Assembly: GCA_963727895.1 (NCBI GenBank)
Contig: CAVSHT010000013.1
Coordinates: forward strand, 96,001-160,000
Length of the DNA: 64,000 nt
Reading direction: 5' to 3'
Source: an uncultured Methanosarcinaceae archaeon
GTDB lineage: Archaea; Halobacteriota; Methanosarcinia; Methanosarcinales; Methanosarcinaceae
Every line of letters begins with the position of its first letter. Position 1 is the first letter of the stretch. Of the stretch, positions 42,736 to 56,585 are shown one piece after another. A program made the translations under genes and the position numbers. The notes below the pieces were generated by a model. The model saw nothing but the letters and a program-made list of their open reading frames with translations, had not been told where the DNA came from and searched no databases.

Positions 42736-43374
42736 TCTTTCTTCTCAATCTTGCCAGAAAGTGCCTCAATGTGCTGTTATATCCTTCAACAGTATACGTT
42801 TCTGCTTTTGATTGAGTATGGATCTTTTCTGGAAGAAACTCTGCATATGCTCTCCAGTGATCGGTCATCACTTCTCCAATCTCTTTTTTCTTCAATTTTT
42901 CCCAGAGTAGTTTTCCAGTTTCTGTTCCTCTGCTACCAAAAGAGCAGTTGATGAACTTTTTCCCAACTCTATCAACAGCAATCCAGATCCAGCAATATTT
43001 TTTTTGTTACCGATGTAAGTGTGCATTTCATCCATTTCAACAATAGATATCTCATTTTCACTTTTTAGAGCCTCTAACTCCTGACCAAATTTCTTTATCC
43101 ATCTTTGGACAGAAACATGACTTACCCCTAAAATTCTTCCTATTGAACGAAAGCCCAATCCTTCAAGGTAAAGTTGTAAAGCCTGTTTTTTAACAGAGGC
43201 GGAAAAAGCAGTCGATTTTAGCTCTACTGTATAGTTATCCACAATCATGGCATTTGTAGCGTTGACGCCCACCAACTATACCATTCTTTTTGTGACTGGA
43301 ACTATTGCATTTTGGGCAGTTCATGAAGAAATATATGTTATAAGCATATATATCTATTTTTGTTTACCAATGCC
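42736..43374 (-). mobile_element. IS1-family element, right end deleted, frameshift in insA
   Basis: Left IR GGCATTGGTAAAC ends at 43374. Homology stops after RLRRK at ~42736. 2-bp deletion near 43238. Confidence 0.88.
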
Positions 43375-43377
43375 ATA

Positions 43378-43962
43378 TTATTTTCTGCTGTATTTTCCCA
43401 TCAATTCTCCTTCGGCAATAATATGTCCTATCATTGCATTTTCGAGATCTTTTCGTCCTGTCCCTGCTTTAAGTTCTAGCTTCTTATCCAGAGCATAAAC
43501 ACGGAAGAAATACCTGTGTGTACCTGAAGGTGGACATGGCCCTCCATATCCTATTTTTTTGAAATCGTTTAGTCCTTCGACCCCAGGTATACTATCTTTT
43601 TCTATTTTCGCCACAGGCTCTATGTTCCAGACAAGCCAGTGTGTAAATGTCTTCGTTGGAGCATCAGGATCGTCTACTATAAGGACTAAGCTTTCAGCTT
43701 TTTCAGGAATGCCTTCGAATTCCAGAGGCGGATTTATGTCCTGACCATCACAGGTATATTTTCGTGGAATACTACCGTTAGCTACAAATGCGCTGCTAAA
43801 AACCTTTATAGTTTGAATGTTCATAGTCTCATATCCTTTACCGGTATCGAGAGACTCCTTATTTACAGGTGCCTCTGCTTTTTCATTTTGAACACATCCA
43901 GAAATGAAAACCATTAATGCAAACAAGAATATCAGAACAACTGCACTGGTTTTTATATTCAT
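43378..43962 (-). CDS. YbhB/YbcL (PEBP / Raf kinase inhibitor-like) protein, probable lipoprotein
   Basis: DDPDAP, FTHW, YGGPCPP, HRYFF.VYALD; lipobox ISGC. Confidence 0.9.
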   Translation of the reverse strand: MNIKTSAVVLIFLFALMVFISGCVQNEKAEAPVNKESLDTGKGYETMNIQTIKVFSSAFVANGSIPRKYTCDGQDINPPLEFEGIPEKAESLVLIVDDPDAPTKTFTHWLVWNIEPVAKIEKDSIPGVEGLNDFKKIGYGGPCPPSGTHRYFFRVYALDKKLELKAGTGRKDLENAMIGHIIAEGELMGKYSRK

Positions 43963-44262
43963 ATATAGCAACTCCTGACAGCAGGAGAACTGCTTGACAA
44001 TGAAATATTAAAGCTAAAGAGATATAACTTTAAGGCTCAGTTACATGGCGTACGCTAAAATATTGTTCAAAGACTGAACTTTACAGTGCATTTAAAGTCG
44101 AATTAAGGTTTACTTTATCGGATGTGTGAAGATCTTACCTGAAAATCCAGCAGGTACCAACACAAATTCCTCATCTAATTTGATGTATATCGGATGATAT
44201 CAAAAGAAAAGACCTTTTAATCGACCTCTGAAAACTCTAGACTGAAACCCTTATACAAAGAA

Positions 44263-44469
44263 TCAGTCCTCTACATCAAGAGATTGAATAATATCGTGAA
44301 CTGTAAGTTCTCCTTTAGCTACGCGCTGGACAAGCGGATAGATAAATGAACAATCATCCATAGCAGCCCACCGTGCTTCCCCGACTCTTCTTACAACTTC
44401 ATCCATTATTTCTCCACATGTCTTGCAATATCTTCCTTCACTCTCTGCTCCACAAGATTCGCATTTCAT
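44263..44469 (-). CDS. Small hypothetical zinc-finger protein (68 aa)
   Basis: MKCESC...CKTC; ATG after GGAGGG. Confidence 0.75.
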   Translation of the reverse strand: MKCESCGAESEGRYCKTCGEIMDEVVRRVGEARWAAMDDCSFIYPLVQRVAKGELTVHDIIQSLDVED

Positions 44470-44641
44470 AAAAATCCCTCCATAATCTATGGGAACGTAG
44501 AAAATAAATAAATTATGGTAATACGTGAGCATATTTACACAGTAGTGATAAAACATAGGCAAAGGGAAAACTACGAAGCAAACAGAGATAAAAGTACTTT
44601 GGCAAATATTTGAGATGATAGGAGAAATTAATAAAAAGGAA

Positions 44642-45841
44642 TTATGGATTTAATTTGCACTCACACATTTCTATAAGTGCTCCTTCCCCAATCCTTGAAC
44701 CGCGTGCAATGAGCATATCTCCTGCCTGGACAACCGTATTACCTTTTGGAGCATAGACCCAGCGGTCAGCTCTTTTGATTGCCATTACATGCAGCCCGGT
44801 TTCAGTCTCAAGCTTCAATTCAAAGAAGGTCTTTCCAACTATAGGAGAGCATTTTTCTACCTGAAGCCGGGTGATAACCTCTTCGGAATTCCTTACTGCG
44901 AGAGTGATGATAGGATGAAGCTCTATATCCCTGAGCACAGTATCCGCAATTCCGTAAGCAGCATCGGAAATACTTTCAGAAGCACTTGCAAGGTGCAGAA
45001 TTCCCCTGAGCTGGTTTACATCCTCAACATGTTTTGCAGTTTCAAGAACCCAGTGCTGAAGTTCGTATTTCATTGAATCCATTTCAGATTCGAGGGCATT
45101 TACCTCATATGCAATGTCCTCGTTATCAAAAAGAATAGCAGAATATGCAAGCCCTACGGACAATTCGGACATATTTTTCATATCCACAATAATGTCCAAA
45201 GCATGTTCAAGGTCTTTTAAAAGCTTATTATGCTCTATTTCTTTTGGGACGAATTTCTTTGTCGTGACCATCTCAAAAAATAGTGGAACTCCTTCATCAT
45301 GCCCTCTAGCAATTAAAACATCCCCTTGCCTGAGACGAGTTTCCTTGTCAGGGTCATAAATCCAGTCTTCATTTCTCCGGATAGCAATTATCCACATACC
45401 GGTTTCTAAATCGAGCTCAAGGTCACCGAGAGTACGTCCTGCCATTGAAGATTCTGCTGCGACTGTTGCCCTGACTATTGTTTCTTCAGCTTCCCTTAAG
45501 GCTACCTTCAATTCCATCGGAATTCCCATATTCATGAGCACTATTTTGGCAATGTCGCCTGCGGCATTTGCAATATTTTCCAAACATGCAGCAACCTGTA
45601 AAACTCCAAGAAGTCCTTCTGCCTCATCAACCCTGCGCGTACTTAACATCGCAGCCATTTTCATATGATAATCGAGGGTGTCCATCTTATCTTCAAGATT
45701 AAGCACCTCTTCTGCAATGTCCTCGTCATTATAAATCATTGCAGAGTACGCAAGATCTACCATGAGTTCGGAAGTATCCTTCATCTCAGTCAAAAGGTCT
45801 TTAAGATTCTTTGGACTGTATCTGAATTCTTTAGGGAACAT
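44642..45841 (-). CDS. PhoU/TrkA-C (RCK_C) duplicated-domain protein, potassium-channel-associated family
   Basis: Two MK..SEL.V.LAYSA helical repeats, each followed by an RCK_C (G.TL..L.L..ETG..I.AI.R). Confidence 0.85.
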   Translation of the reverse strand: MFPKEFRYSPKNLKDLLTEMKDTSELMVDLAYSAMIYNDEDIAEEVLNLEDKMDTLDYHMKMAAMLSTRRVDEAEGLLGVLQVAACLENIANAAGDIAKIVLMNMGIPMELKVALREAEETIVRATVAAESSMAGRTLGDLELDLETGMWIIAIRRNEDWIYDPDKETRLRQGDVLIARGHDEGVPLFFEMVTTKKFVPKEIEHNKLLKDLEHALDIIVDMKNMSELSVGLAYSAILFDNEDIAYEVNALESEMDSMKYELQHWVLETAKHVEDVNQLRGILHLASASESISDAAYGIADTVLRDIELHPIITLAVRNSEEVITRLQVEKCSPIVGKTFFELKLETETGLHVMAIKRADRWVYAPKGNTVVQAGDMLIARGSRIGEGALIEMCECKLNP

Positions 45842-46005
45842 AGTCTCTATATCAACTCTACCTTATGTTGGTGTATATGATTTATACTTCATAGTAATTA
45901 TTAATTTTTGAATTATATAGGCTTTTCAAAGCCTTGTTAAAATATAATAAAACTAAATAATAATAAAACTGACATTTAATAAAATAAAACTGGTTATAAA
46001 ATATT

Positions 46006-46584
46006 TTATAAAATATTTAATACATGCAAAGCTATAAAAATTCCTGTAACCCCTACGAGATCTCCAAGGCTTGCTATGAAAGGGATTACTGTATCGTCTG
46101 GATCGATCCCGAACCTATGAGAGATAAAGGCAATGGCAATTGTTGCGCAGTAGACAACAGAAAGTTCTATGACCATGGCTATAGAACTAATTTTTAAAAG
46201 CGTAAAAAACGGCATCTCAAAGCCCAAGAAACTGCTTGCCAGAAAAACCAGTATAGTGACAGAAATTGATGAGACAAATCCTACAATTGAAGCTGCAATA
46301 ACGCTGTTGTGTGCAACTGGGTTACTCTTGATGTTATCTCCGAGCCCCATATGGAAAGCCGATGAAAGCCTGGCTCCAAGCATACTGCCGGTATCGCCTC
46401 CAATTTTAATGAGGGAGGGGATAAGAATCAATATCGCTGGCATAGAGATAAGGTTTTTTTCTCTTGAGTTTAAAATTTGTCCGACAAGAATTCCCATTAT
46501 ACATGTAATAAAGAGTACTGGAAGCCCTCGTTGGATGATTCCGTTTACTGTATAGTAAGGGGTTAGATGCCCTGTTTTTCTCAA
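46006..46584 (-). CDS. MgtE-like divalent cation transporter membrane subunit
   Basis: GG..GS.LGARLSS and G.DPDD..IP...SLGD motifs. Confidence 0.87.
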   Translation of the reverse strand: MRKTGHLTPYYTVNGIIQRGLPVLFITCIMGILVGQILNSREKNLISMPAILILIPSLIKIGGDTGSMLGARLSSAFHMGLGDNIKSNPVAHNSVIAASIVGFVSSISVTILVFLASSFLGFEMPFFTLLKISSIAMVIELSVVYCATIAIAFISHRFGIDPDDTVIPFIASLGDLVGVTGIFIALHVLNIL

Positions 46585-47213
46585 AACATCACCACCAGTT
46601 TTGCCGAGAGGAAAAGCATAAACATGGAGATAATATCTCCAAGAGTTGCAATAGAAGGCGTGACAACATTATCAGGATCAAAACCAAATTTGAACATTCC
46701 TATAGCTAGTAGAGCTGCAATAAAAGAGAGAATTATTCCGGACGTAAAGGATGCAATCACACAGATAAGAACAAGTTTAATTATACCGGCACTTTCGAAG
46801 CCCAGAGCAAGGGTTACAAAGTGCCCGAGAATTCCAAGCATTACAGCAGCAATAATACTAAGGATAAGAGAACCGGAAATATTATTCATGAGTTCGGGAT
46901 TATGCCTATCAAGATCTGTAATTAGCCCAAGATGAATTGCACTGCCAAGCCTTGAGCCAAGAGTAGATGAAATATTTCCCCTAAGTCCGAGCACACCTGG
47001 ATAAATGACAATCAATCCCGGGATCATTTCAAGTTCATTTGTCATTCCCGAAAATATAATTCCTGCAGCTACTCCCCCAACAGTAGCAATAAGTTCAAAA
47101 GGCAGAGCCTCGCGTACTATTGATGAAATACTTGCATACTCACCAAGATATTTATCAATATACTGAGATTCTAAAGTATTTTCATCCTTGCGTGACTCTG
47201 AAGACATGTGCAT
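46581..47213 (-). CDS. MgtE-like divalent cation transporter membrane subunit
   Basis: GLRGNI...LGSRLGS and DPDNV..P..ATLGD motifs. Confidence 0.87.
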   Translation of the reverse strand: MHMSSESRKDENTLESQYIDKYLGEYASISSIVREALPFELIATVGGVAAGIIFSGMTNELEMIPGLIVIYPGVLGLRGNISSTLGSRLGSAIHLGLITDLDRHNPELMNNISGSLILSIIAAVMLGILGHFVTLALGFESAGIIKLVLICVIASFTSGIILSFIAALLAIGMFKFGFDPDNVVTPSIATLGDIISMFMLFLSAKLVVMF

Positions 47214-47405
47214 GTATTATACACTGATATTATAAAATAATCGCCGATTGAAGAACATCATATATGTTTATAAAATATTAAAATCTGGGCTTTGAATTGT
47301 TTAGTGAATAAAGTAAAGAGTACAAAACTATCCCAATTTAGAAAGTTTTTTGACCCCCGGAAAAAAGATAAATAACTTGCAGCCGTTACCTGATAAAAGG
47401 TATTT

Positions 47406-47636
47406 ATGGTAATAGGAGTAACAATGATAAATGTGATGCCAGGTTATGAAAAGGCAGCATACAGAGAATGAAGGAATATTGAAGGGATTAAAGACGTTTA
47501 CCACGTTTTTGGGGAATATGATTTTGTAATAATCATAGATGTTGAGGATCTGAATAACCTTAACGACGTGGTAGATATGATAAGAGAAAGTGAAACCGTC
47601 ACAGCTACCAAGACAATTGTAGGGGCAGATCTTTAA
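47406..47636 (+). pseudogene. Lrp/AsnC ligand-binding-domain protein with in-frame TGA (not in ORF track)
   Basis: MVIGVTMINVMPGYEKAAYRE*RNIEGIKDVYHVFGEYDFVIIIDV...TKTIVGADL; TGA at 47469-47471. Confidence 0.85.
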
Positions 47637-48168
47637 GTTCCTTTACACTCTTTTAAATTAGTGCAAGTTATGTAAAATGATATATAGTGAATTATATATT
47701 TTATTAATTTTTGGCTTTTGAATTAACTTTTATTCCGCTCTTATTTTTACTCTATACCTAATCAATTTCCTATATTCTGGCAAGCTTAAATAAGATATAA
47801 TTAAGCAAAAATATTAAAAGATAAAATATCAACCACTTAATAATTCACGACCAGTTTAGTAGAAAAGTGTGGGTGTTAGTGTAAGCTCATGTATGTCTCT
47901 GCCTAAAACTATCTTCCTCTAATCAGATTAACGTTATATATTAAGTATTCTATTGTAGTATATAAGGACAGATTAAATAAATGAAAAATATGTTTGTCGA
48001 AAACATATATAAATCAGCTTCAATAAATTGAAATGAAACGAGAATATGTACCAAGTTAATTTTTTTCGAATTAATAGCATTCTTAATTTTAGAGGCTTTC
48101 TACATAGCCTAATAATAAAAAATTAAGGATTTCCTAATTAACTATAGTTATTTATTATGAGAACCTCT

Positions 48169-48866
48169 ATTTCTTCATTAACTGCCCCAGATGCAATAGT
48201 TCTAATTACAAAAAGAATGGTATAGTTGGCGGGCGTCAACGCTACAAATGCCATGATTGTGGCTATAACTATACAGTAGAGCTAAAATCAACTGCTTTTT
48301 CCGCCTCTGTTAAAAAACAGGCTTTACAACTTTACCTTGAAGGATTAGGCTTTCGTTCAATAGGACGATTTTTAGGGGTGAGTCATGTTTCTGTCCAAAG
48401 ATGGATAACGAAATTTGGTCAGGAGTTAGAGGACCTAAAAAGTGAAAATGAGATATCTATTGTTGAAATGGATGAAATGCACACTTACATCGGTAACAAA
48501 AAAAATATTGCTGGATCTGGATTGCTATTGATAGAGTTGGAAAAAAGTTCATCAACTGCTCTTTTGATAGCAGAGGAACGGAAACTGGAAAACTACTCTG
48601 GGAAAAATTGAAGAAAAAATAGATTGGAGAAGTGATGACCGATCACTGGAGAGCATATGCAGAGTTTCTTCCAGAAAAGATCCATACTCAATCAAAAGCA
48701 GAAACATTTACAGTTGAGGGATATAACAGCATATTGAGGCACTTTCTAGCAAGATTGAGAAGAAAGACAAAGTGTTATACAAAAAGTCTTGAAATGCTAA
48801 AGTACTCGGTTATTCTATTGATGAAATAAAGAAATAAAGAACTAGATATATTTAGTTAACAATACC
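48169..48866 (+). mobile_element. IS1-family element, left end missing, stops in insB
   Basis: insA start reads ATT; intact A8 slippery run; TAG near 48620 and TAA at 48827; right IR ends AACAATACC at 48866. Confidence 0.88.
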
Positions 48867-48905
48867 AAATTAATTATCAAATGGAAAAAAGAAACAAGAT
48901 TAATA

Positions 48906-50351
48906 TTGATGGAAAAGATCATGAAAAATATTACCCTTGTAAATGGATATGTGGAAAATCGAAAATATTCTCTATTTCTTATATTTCTGGTATTATCCGG
49001 ATTTATATTAAGATTTTATCACCTTGGCTTCGATTCTTTATGGCTGGATGAGGCAGCCACCCATAGCTACGCAAAAGAGTCATTTTTAGGAATATTGCAA
49101 TCAACCCTCATGGGAACAGAATTTCATCCCCCTGTATTTTACTGGCTTGAACACATAATGCTTTATTGTGGAGATAATGAAGTTGTTCTTCGTTTTATTC
49201 CTGCTATCGTAGGTGTGCTCACAATTCCTATATTTTATCTTATTGGAGTAGAATATATAGACAGAAACACTGGTTTATTATCAGCAACCCTGCTAACTTT
49301 TTCGCCTTTTAACATATATTATTCTCAAGAAGCAAGATCTTATACTCTATTTATGCTTCTTTTTTCAATTTCACTTTTATTCTATCTCAAGACCTTGAAA
49401 TCAACCAATGTAAGGAATTGGATATTGTTTGGAATATTTTCTTCGCTCACTCTTTGGATACACTACTAAGCTTTAATTCCTATAGGGTTACTTTATTTTC
49501 ATTCCTTAATTATTAATTCAAGAAAAAGAAAGGAGAATATTAAAAGCGTTAGTTATATAGGGATATCTTTTTTCACATTCATTTTGTTGAGTTTTCCGTT
49601 AATTATTAAAGTAATCAGTCTCTTTCTTGTAAAGACTTCTTCAGCTCCAACCTGGGGAATGGAAGGAACAAGAATAATATCACAAACTTTTATACAATTT
49701 TCTGATTACAATAAAATAGTTTGCATCATATTTTTGCTTTTATTCATTGCTGGGATTGCTTTTAATATTACTACAAATATCAACAAATCCCTGCTCTTGA
49801 TATACTTGATGTTTTTCTCCTTATTGATTAGCTATATTATCTCACCAAAGATGTCTATGGAACCTCGTTACCTGATTTATCTTTTTCCAATTTTTTCCCT
49901 GGGAATTGCTTCTTCTTATAATGCATTTAATTTAAAAGTTAATACTAAAAGTGTAATTTATTTAGTAATTATTCTCACAATTGTGACTAGCTTCCCTTAT
50001 TTAAGTCATTATTATTCGGGTTTTCATAAAAACGACTGGCGAGGGTTTTCAAAAAATATTCAGCAGATGACATATGAGAATGATGTCGTCGTTGTACTTC
50101 CAAAATACATGGCAAAGCCTCTTAATTATTATTACGATAATAAGAGTGATCAAACTTATGAATATAAAACATCAAATTCCGTACAGCTCCAGAAAATATA
50201 TAGTCATAATAAAGGTCACCAAATATATTATGTAGTGGGCATAGCCCATCTTAATGCGGCAAATCCTGAGGGAGATGCATCTCAATGGTTAAAAAACAAT
50301 ACAAAGTTATTGAAAAAATATAGGGGTATCTATTTATATAGCTCTAAATAA
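48906..50351 (+). pseudogene. GT39/PMT-like membrane glycosyltransferase with one in-frame TAA
   Basis: SLWLDE, HPP, YSQEARSY, WIHY* (TAA at 49467). Frame continues into ORF 49584-50351 (PRYL, DWRG). Confidence 0.85.
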
Positions 50352-50460
50352 TTTTTATGATAAATAAAAGCTAAGTTTATTTTAAAACGATTTATTTTCA
50401 CAGCAAAAATTGCAAACCTCTTTCCAAATCAAAAACTTAATAATATTTTAGACACATTTG

Positions 50461-50654
50461 AGAGCTATTCGATAAGTCCTGATGCTATAAATTGCAGTTA
50501 TCCTCTATTGGCACTTAGAAAAATGTCTGCTGGAAGTTCTCAAGTTTGATGACATTCCAGAATTCGGTAGAAATATTGTAATAGTACCAGTTTTTTCGTG
50601 TTTTCATAACCGAAATTACCCCAAAATTTATTAATTCTACTTTTCGGATAGGCT
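50461..50654. mobile_element. Possible degenerate MITE-like element, family B
   Basis: Imperfect terminal IR AGCTATTCGATAAGT / ACTTTTCGGATAGGC (11/15 match); non-coding interior. Confidence 0.4.
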
Positions 50655-50993
50655 TTTTGCGGACTCTAAATATTTTTAGTTATTAGAATTTTATATTAGA
50701 CTCCACTTCCATAAAAACGAGATTCAAAAATCAAATTGTAAGTTTAAGATTAAGCTCATGATTTTAAGTACCTGAATAAAAGTTTTAATTACTAATCGCC
50801 TTAAACCAATTGTTAAGAACTTCAAATTTCACAATCCCAGAAAGTTTTTATACTCATTTAGAAGGTTATCATTAACTTCAATACATATCTCCAAAAAGTC
50901 CGAATATAAACAATTATAGTAAAGCAGAAATCTTACTCTGGATATTTGCAAATTAGAAATTTAGATCGATTTTTCAACATGAGGTAAAATTTC

Positions 50994-52859
50994 ATGGAAA
51001 TCCCTATTGCAGAAGAACTTGCCAAAAATCAAAAATCAATAAGTGTCGCAGAATTTTTTGAAAAAAACAGGCAAATCCTTGGTTTTGACTCGGCTCCTCG
51101 AAGCCTAATAACAACTGTAAAAGAAGCTGTTGATAATTCACTGGATGCCTGCGAAGAAGCAGGTATTCTGCCTGATATTCTTGTCCAGATAGAAAGAACT
51201 GGACAGGATTATGTCACTGTAATTATAGAAGATAACGGTCCTGGAATTGTAAAAGAGCAAATTCCTAAAGTCTTTGCCAAGCTTCTCTATGGTTCCAGGT
51301 TTCATGCCCTCAAACAAAGCAGAGGACAGCAAGGAATAGGGATTTCCGCAGCCGTACTCTATGCCCAGATGACTGCAGGCAGGCATACGAAGATTCTTTC
51401 TAAAACCAGTTCCAACGCCCCTGCACACTATTATGAGCTTATGATCAATACCAGCACGAATGAACCAGATATCCTGAAAGACGATATAAAGGACTGGTTC
51501 CGCCCGCATGGAACTCAGATCGAGCTGGAAATGAAGGCTGCTTATGTAAAAGGAAGGAGACAATCCATTTACGAGTACCTCAAAGCCACAGCAATTGTAA
51601 ATCCCCATGCGAGAATTACCTTAATAGATCCAGATGGCATTGAAGAGGTCTTTGAAAGAGCCACGGATAAAATGCCCAAGCCGGCAGAGGAAATACTTCC
51701 CCATCCTGAAGGCATAGAGCTTGGAACTCTTATGAAGATGCTTCATTACACTGAACGCCAGAAGCTTGCTCCATTCCTTCGTTATTCTTTCTGCAAAATA
51801 GGTCTGTTTACTGCCGATGAAATCTGCAAAGCTGCAGGGCTTGACCCTGAAATCGACCCTCATTCTCTGGGCCGCCACGAGGCCAGAAAGTTAATTGAAG
51901 CTTTTGAAAAAGTAAAGATCATGGCTCCTCCTACTGATTGCCTTTCCCCAATTGGAGAAGAACTTATTTATAGAGGACTTGAAAAAGAAATAAATGTGGA
52001 TTTTATTGCCACAAGCACTCGAAAACCTGCGGTATATTCCGGAAATCCTTTTGTAGTGGAAGTTGGGCTTGCCTATGGTGGAAACCTTCCGAAAGAAGAC
52101 AAAATAAGCATAATGCGTTTTGCCAACCGTGTACCTTTGCTGTACCAACAGGGAGGTTGCGTGACTACACATGCAATAGAAGACATTAAATGGAAGCAAT
52201 ACGGCTTAAACCAACCAGGAGGAGGAATTCCTGTTGGTCCTGCTATCCTTCTTATTCATGTTGCTTCTATTAACGTTCCATTTACCTCGGAATCAAAAGA
52301 TGCAATTGCTGATATCCCTGTAATAAAGGACGAAGTAGACCTTGCAGTAAAAGAAGTTGCAAGGAAACTCAAACATTATTTGAGCAAACAGAGCAACCTT
52401 AAAAAGCGAAGGGAAAAAGAAATTATCATTACAAAGGTACTTCCTAAAATGGCAGTAAAAGTTGCAAATATCTTAGAAAAAGATGTTCCTGACATCAACC
52501 CTGTTGTTGCAAGGATTATGGGAAATTTGCTTGTACACAGGAAAGTAAAGAAAAACGAGGATGGAACTGCAGATGTCAGAATAAAAGTTAAGAATTTTGG
52601 AACTTCTACGTGCGCTTTTAAAGTTCATGAGATGCTGCCCTGGACAGTAATCAAAGCAAGTCCAGAGCCAAAAGTTGTGACTCTGGGCAATGATTACGAT
52701 TATGTATGGGATATTTCAGCAGCAGTCGAGTCTTCAAAGATTCTTAGCTATAGAATAGAATCTGTAACGGATTACGAACTTGGAAAGCTTCCTGACCTGA
52801 TTGTGGAAGGGCTAGAGGAAGAGCTTGTAACCGGCGCAAAAGCCTTTAAGAGGGTATAA
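50994..52859 (+). CDS. top6B: DNA topoisomerase VI subunit B
   Basis: [31 protein letters not shown] (GHKL), [15 protein letters not shown]. Confidence 0.97.
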   Translation: MEIPIAEELAKNQKSISVAEFFEKNRQILGFDSAPRSLITTVKEAVDNSLDACEEAGILPDILVQIERTGQDYVTVIIEDNGPGIVKEQIPKVFAKLLYGSRFHALKQSRGQQGIGISAAVLYAQMTAGRHTKILSKTSSNAPAHYYELMINTSTNEPDILKDDIKDWFRPHGTQIELEMKAAYVKGRRQSIYEYLKATAIVNPHARITLIDPDGIEEVFERATDKMPKPAEEILPHPEGIELGTLMKMLHYTERQKLAPFLRYSFCKIGLFTADEICKAAGLDPEIDPHSLGRHEARKLIEAFEKVKIMAPPTDCLSPIGEELIYRGLEKEINVDFIATSTRKPAVYSGNPFVVEVGLAYGGNLPKEDKISIMRFANRVPLLYQQGGCVTTHAIEDIKWKQYGLNQPGGGIPVGPAILLIHVASINVPFTSESKDAIADIPVIKDEVDLAVKEVARKLKHYLSKQSNLKKRREKEIIITKVLPKMAVKVANILEKDVPDINPVVARIMGNLLVHRKVKKNEDGTADVRIKVKNFGTSTCAFKVHEMLPWTVIKASPEPKVVTLGNDYDYVWDISAAVESSKILSYRIESVTDYELGKLPDLIVEGLEEELVTGAKAFKRV

Positions 52860-52860
52860 A

Positions 52861-53970
52861 ATGGCCAGCGAAACAAATAGCAAAACAGCCCAGGGAGACG
52901 CTCTTGCAAAAGAAAAGCTGCTTGAACTTGCAGAGAAAATATACAACCAGTTTGAAGATGAGGTTGTCCCGAGTGTTGTTCTTCCGAGCCGGACAAAGGC
53001 AAACATAGAATATTCCGATGAGAGTGATGTCTGGGTTTACGGAAACAGAGAAAGCGAAAGAAGCGCAAAAACCGTAAAAGGAGCATTTCAGCTTCTGAAA
53101 ACCACTTATGTGACAGATTTTCTTATAAATGAGCATTTATCCCATAACCGCGGCTCAACACTTCGAGAACTTTACTATATTTCAGAAGGCTGGGAAGCTG
53201 CGAAATTCAAAGAGCAGGCTGAAAGTGATCGCCTGATCGAAGACCTTGAACTCCTTACAACCCTTCAAAGAGAGTTTTTCCATATGCGCCCTGAAGAAGA
53301 CGGGGCTACCATGTTTGGACCTATTGAAATCATAGAAAAGACAAAAAGGGGAGAACGGAATATCCATTGTCAGAAGGACGTGGGAGAAGGAGGATATCAG
53401 ATCCCTTTTAACGTTGAAAACATCGAATTTAAAGTCCATGATGCAAGCATGATAATTGCTATAGAGACTGGTGGTATGTACGCACGTTTGATGGAAAACG
53501 GGTTTGATGAAGCTTACAATGCGATTCTTGTTCATCTCAAAGGCCAGCCTGCAAGGTCAACCCGCAGGATTATCAAACGTATGAACGAGGAATTAGGTAT
53601 CCCTGTAGCTGTTTTTACAGACGGCGACCCCTGGTCTTATAGAATCTATGCCTCTGTTGCCTACGGGGCTATAAAAAGTGCCCATCTATCGGAATATATG
53701 GCAACTCCTGCAGCGAAATTCCTTGGTCTTCAACCTTCAGATATAGTCGAATACGAACTATCGACTGACAAACTTACCGATCAGGATATTAACGCACTGA
53801 GGAGTGAACTTTCCGACCCGCGTTTTGAATCTGACTACTGGAAAGAACAAATCCAGCTCCAGCTTGATATAGGAAAAAAGGCTGAACAGCAGGCTTTTGC
53901 AGGCAAAGGTCTTGATTTCGTAACTGAAGTATACCTGCCAAATAGGCTCAGAGAAATGGGTATGCTATAA
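52861..53970 (+). CDS. top6A: DNA topoisomerase VI subunit A
   Basis: TLRELYY catalytic Tyr, TOPRIM IE..G, KGQP, TDGDP, KAEQQA. Confidence 0.97.
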   Translation: MASETNSKTAQGDALAKEKLLELAEKIYNQFEDEVVPSVVLPSRTKANIEYSDESDVWVYGNRESERSAKTVKGAFQLLKTTYVTDFLINEHLSHNRGSTLRELYYISEGWEAAKFKEQAESDRLIEDLELLTTLQREFFHMRPEEDGATMFGPIEIIEKTKRGERNIHCQKDVGEGGYQIPFNVENIEFKVHDASMIIAIETGGMYARLMENGFDEAYNAILVHLKGQPARSTRRIIKRMNEELGIPVAVFTDGDPWSYRIYASVAYGAIKSAHLSEYMATPAAKFLGLQPSDIVEYELSTDKLTDQDINALRSELSDPRFESDYWKEQIQLQLDIGKKAEQQAFAGKGLDFVTEVYLPNRLREMGML

Positions 53971-53972
53971 CG

Positions 53973-54064
53973 CCCGAGTCCCGTCTCGGGAGGACGGTGC
54001 CCTTTTCGCTACCCGAATTTCGCTTCGGGAGCACGAAGCCCTTTTCGCTTCGCTCAAGAGGGCT
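53973..54064. repeat. GC-rich cluster of three hairpins after top6A (REP-like)
   Basis: CCCGAG..CTCGGG, CCCGAA..TTCGGG, AGCCCT..AGGGCT; repeated GCCCTTTTCGCT. Confidence 0.6.
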
Positions 54065-54666
54065 AAGTTATGGACAAAAGAATCGTGTTTTAATAAAAGT
54101 CCCAGTTAAATTTTTAGTGAGTTATGATGTAAAAAAACTTTGTTTATATATTAAGACATTATAAGTGTATTTTAGTTGACCCATTAGTTTAGAAATTACT
54201 TTTGAATTATAGAAAAATATACCCTGAGAACTTAATACGTAAAGGTCTGTTAAAAAATATTTAACTGCCGTGACTTGTACTTTGGACCTACTGTGGAAGA
54301 CGAATTTTTCCTGGCGAAACAGCGAATATTAATTTAAACTAAAGACGTACTAAAAAATTAATATGAAAGGGGTATAATTTGGTTCAAAATTATGCTAAAA
54401 ACATCTGTTTTGAGAGGATGAATTCTGAAAAATCTTATATAATTTTCAGGGAATCTAAAGGCTTAAAATGTATGAGCGCATATTGAATTTTATTCGTGGC
54501 AGAAAAGATGATGTAAAAGTATAAAAAGCTGAAAATAAAAATTGTAGGCTTATAGAATTGATATGATTTCTAAGATCTATTTTAACAAAAGTTTCCCCGT
54601 TAATTTTTAAAAAAAAGAATAATGTCACATGATTTAGCTAATCTACTAGATTTTTATGGAGAATAA

Positions 54667-56574
<1,908 letters not shown>

Positions 56575-56585
56575 GGTGGCGAAAA

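Noticed and set aside
41916..43374. Composite transposon formed by tandem IS1 copies
   Set aside because: Only ~80 bp of non-coding DNA lies between them and both copies are defective.
47469..47471. Selenocysteine codon
   Set aside because: The position is not a Cys-equivalent catalytic site, no SECIS was seen, and the genus is not known to use Sec.
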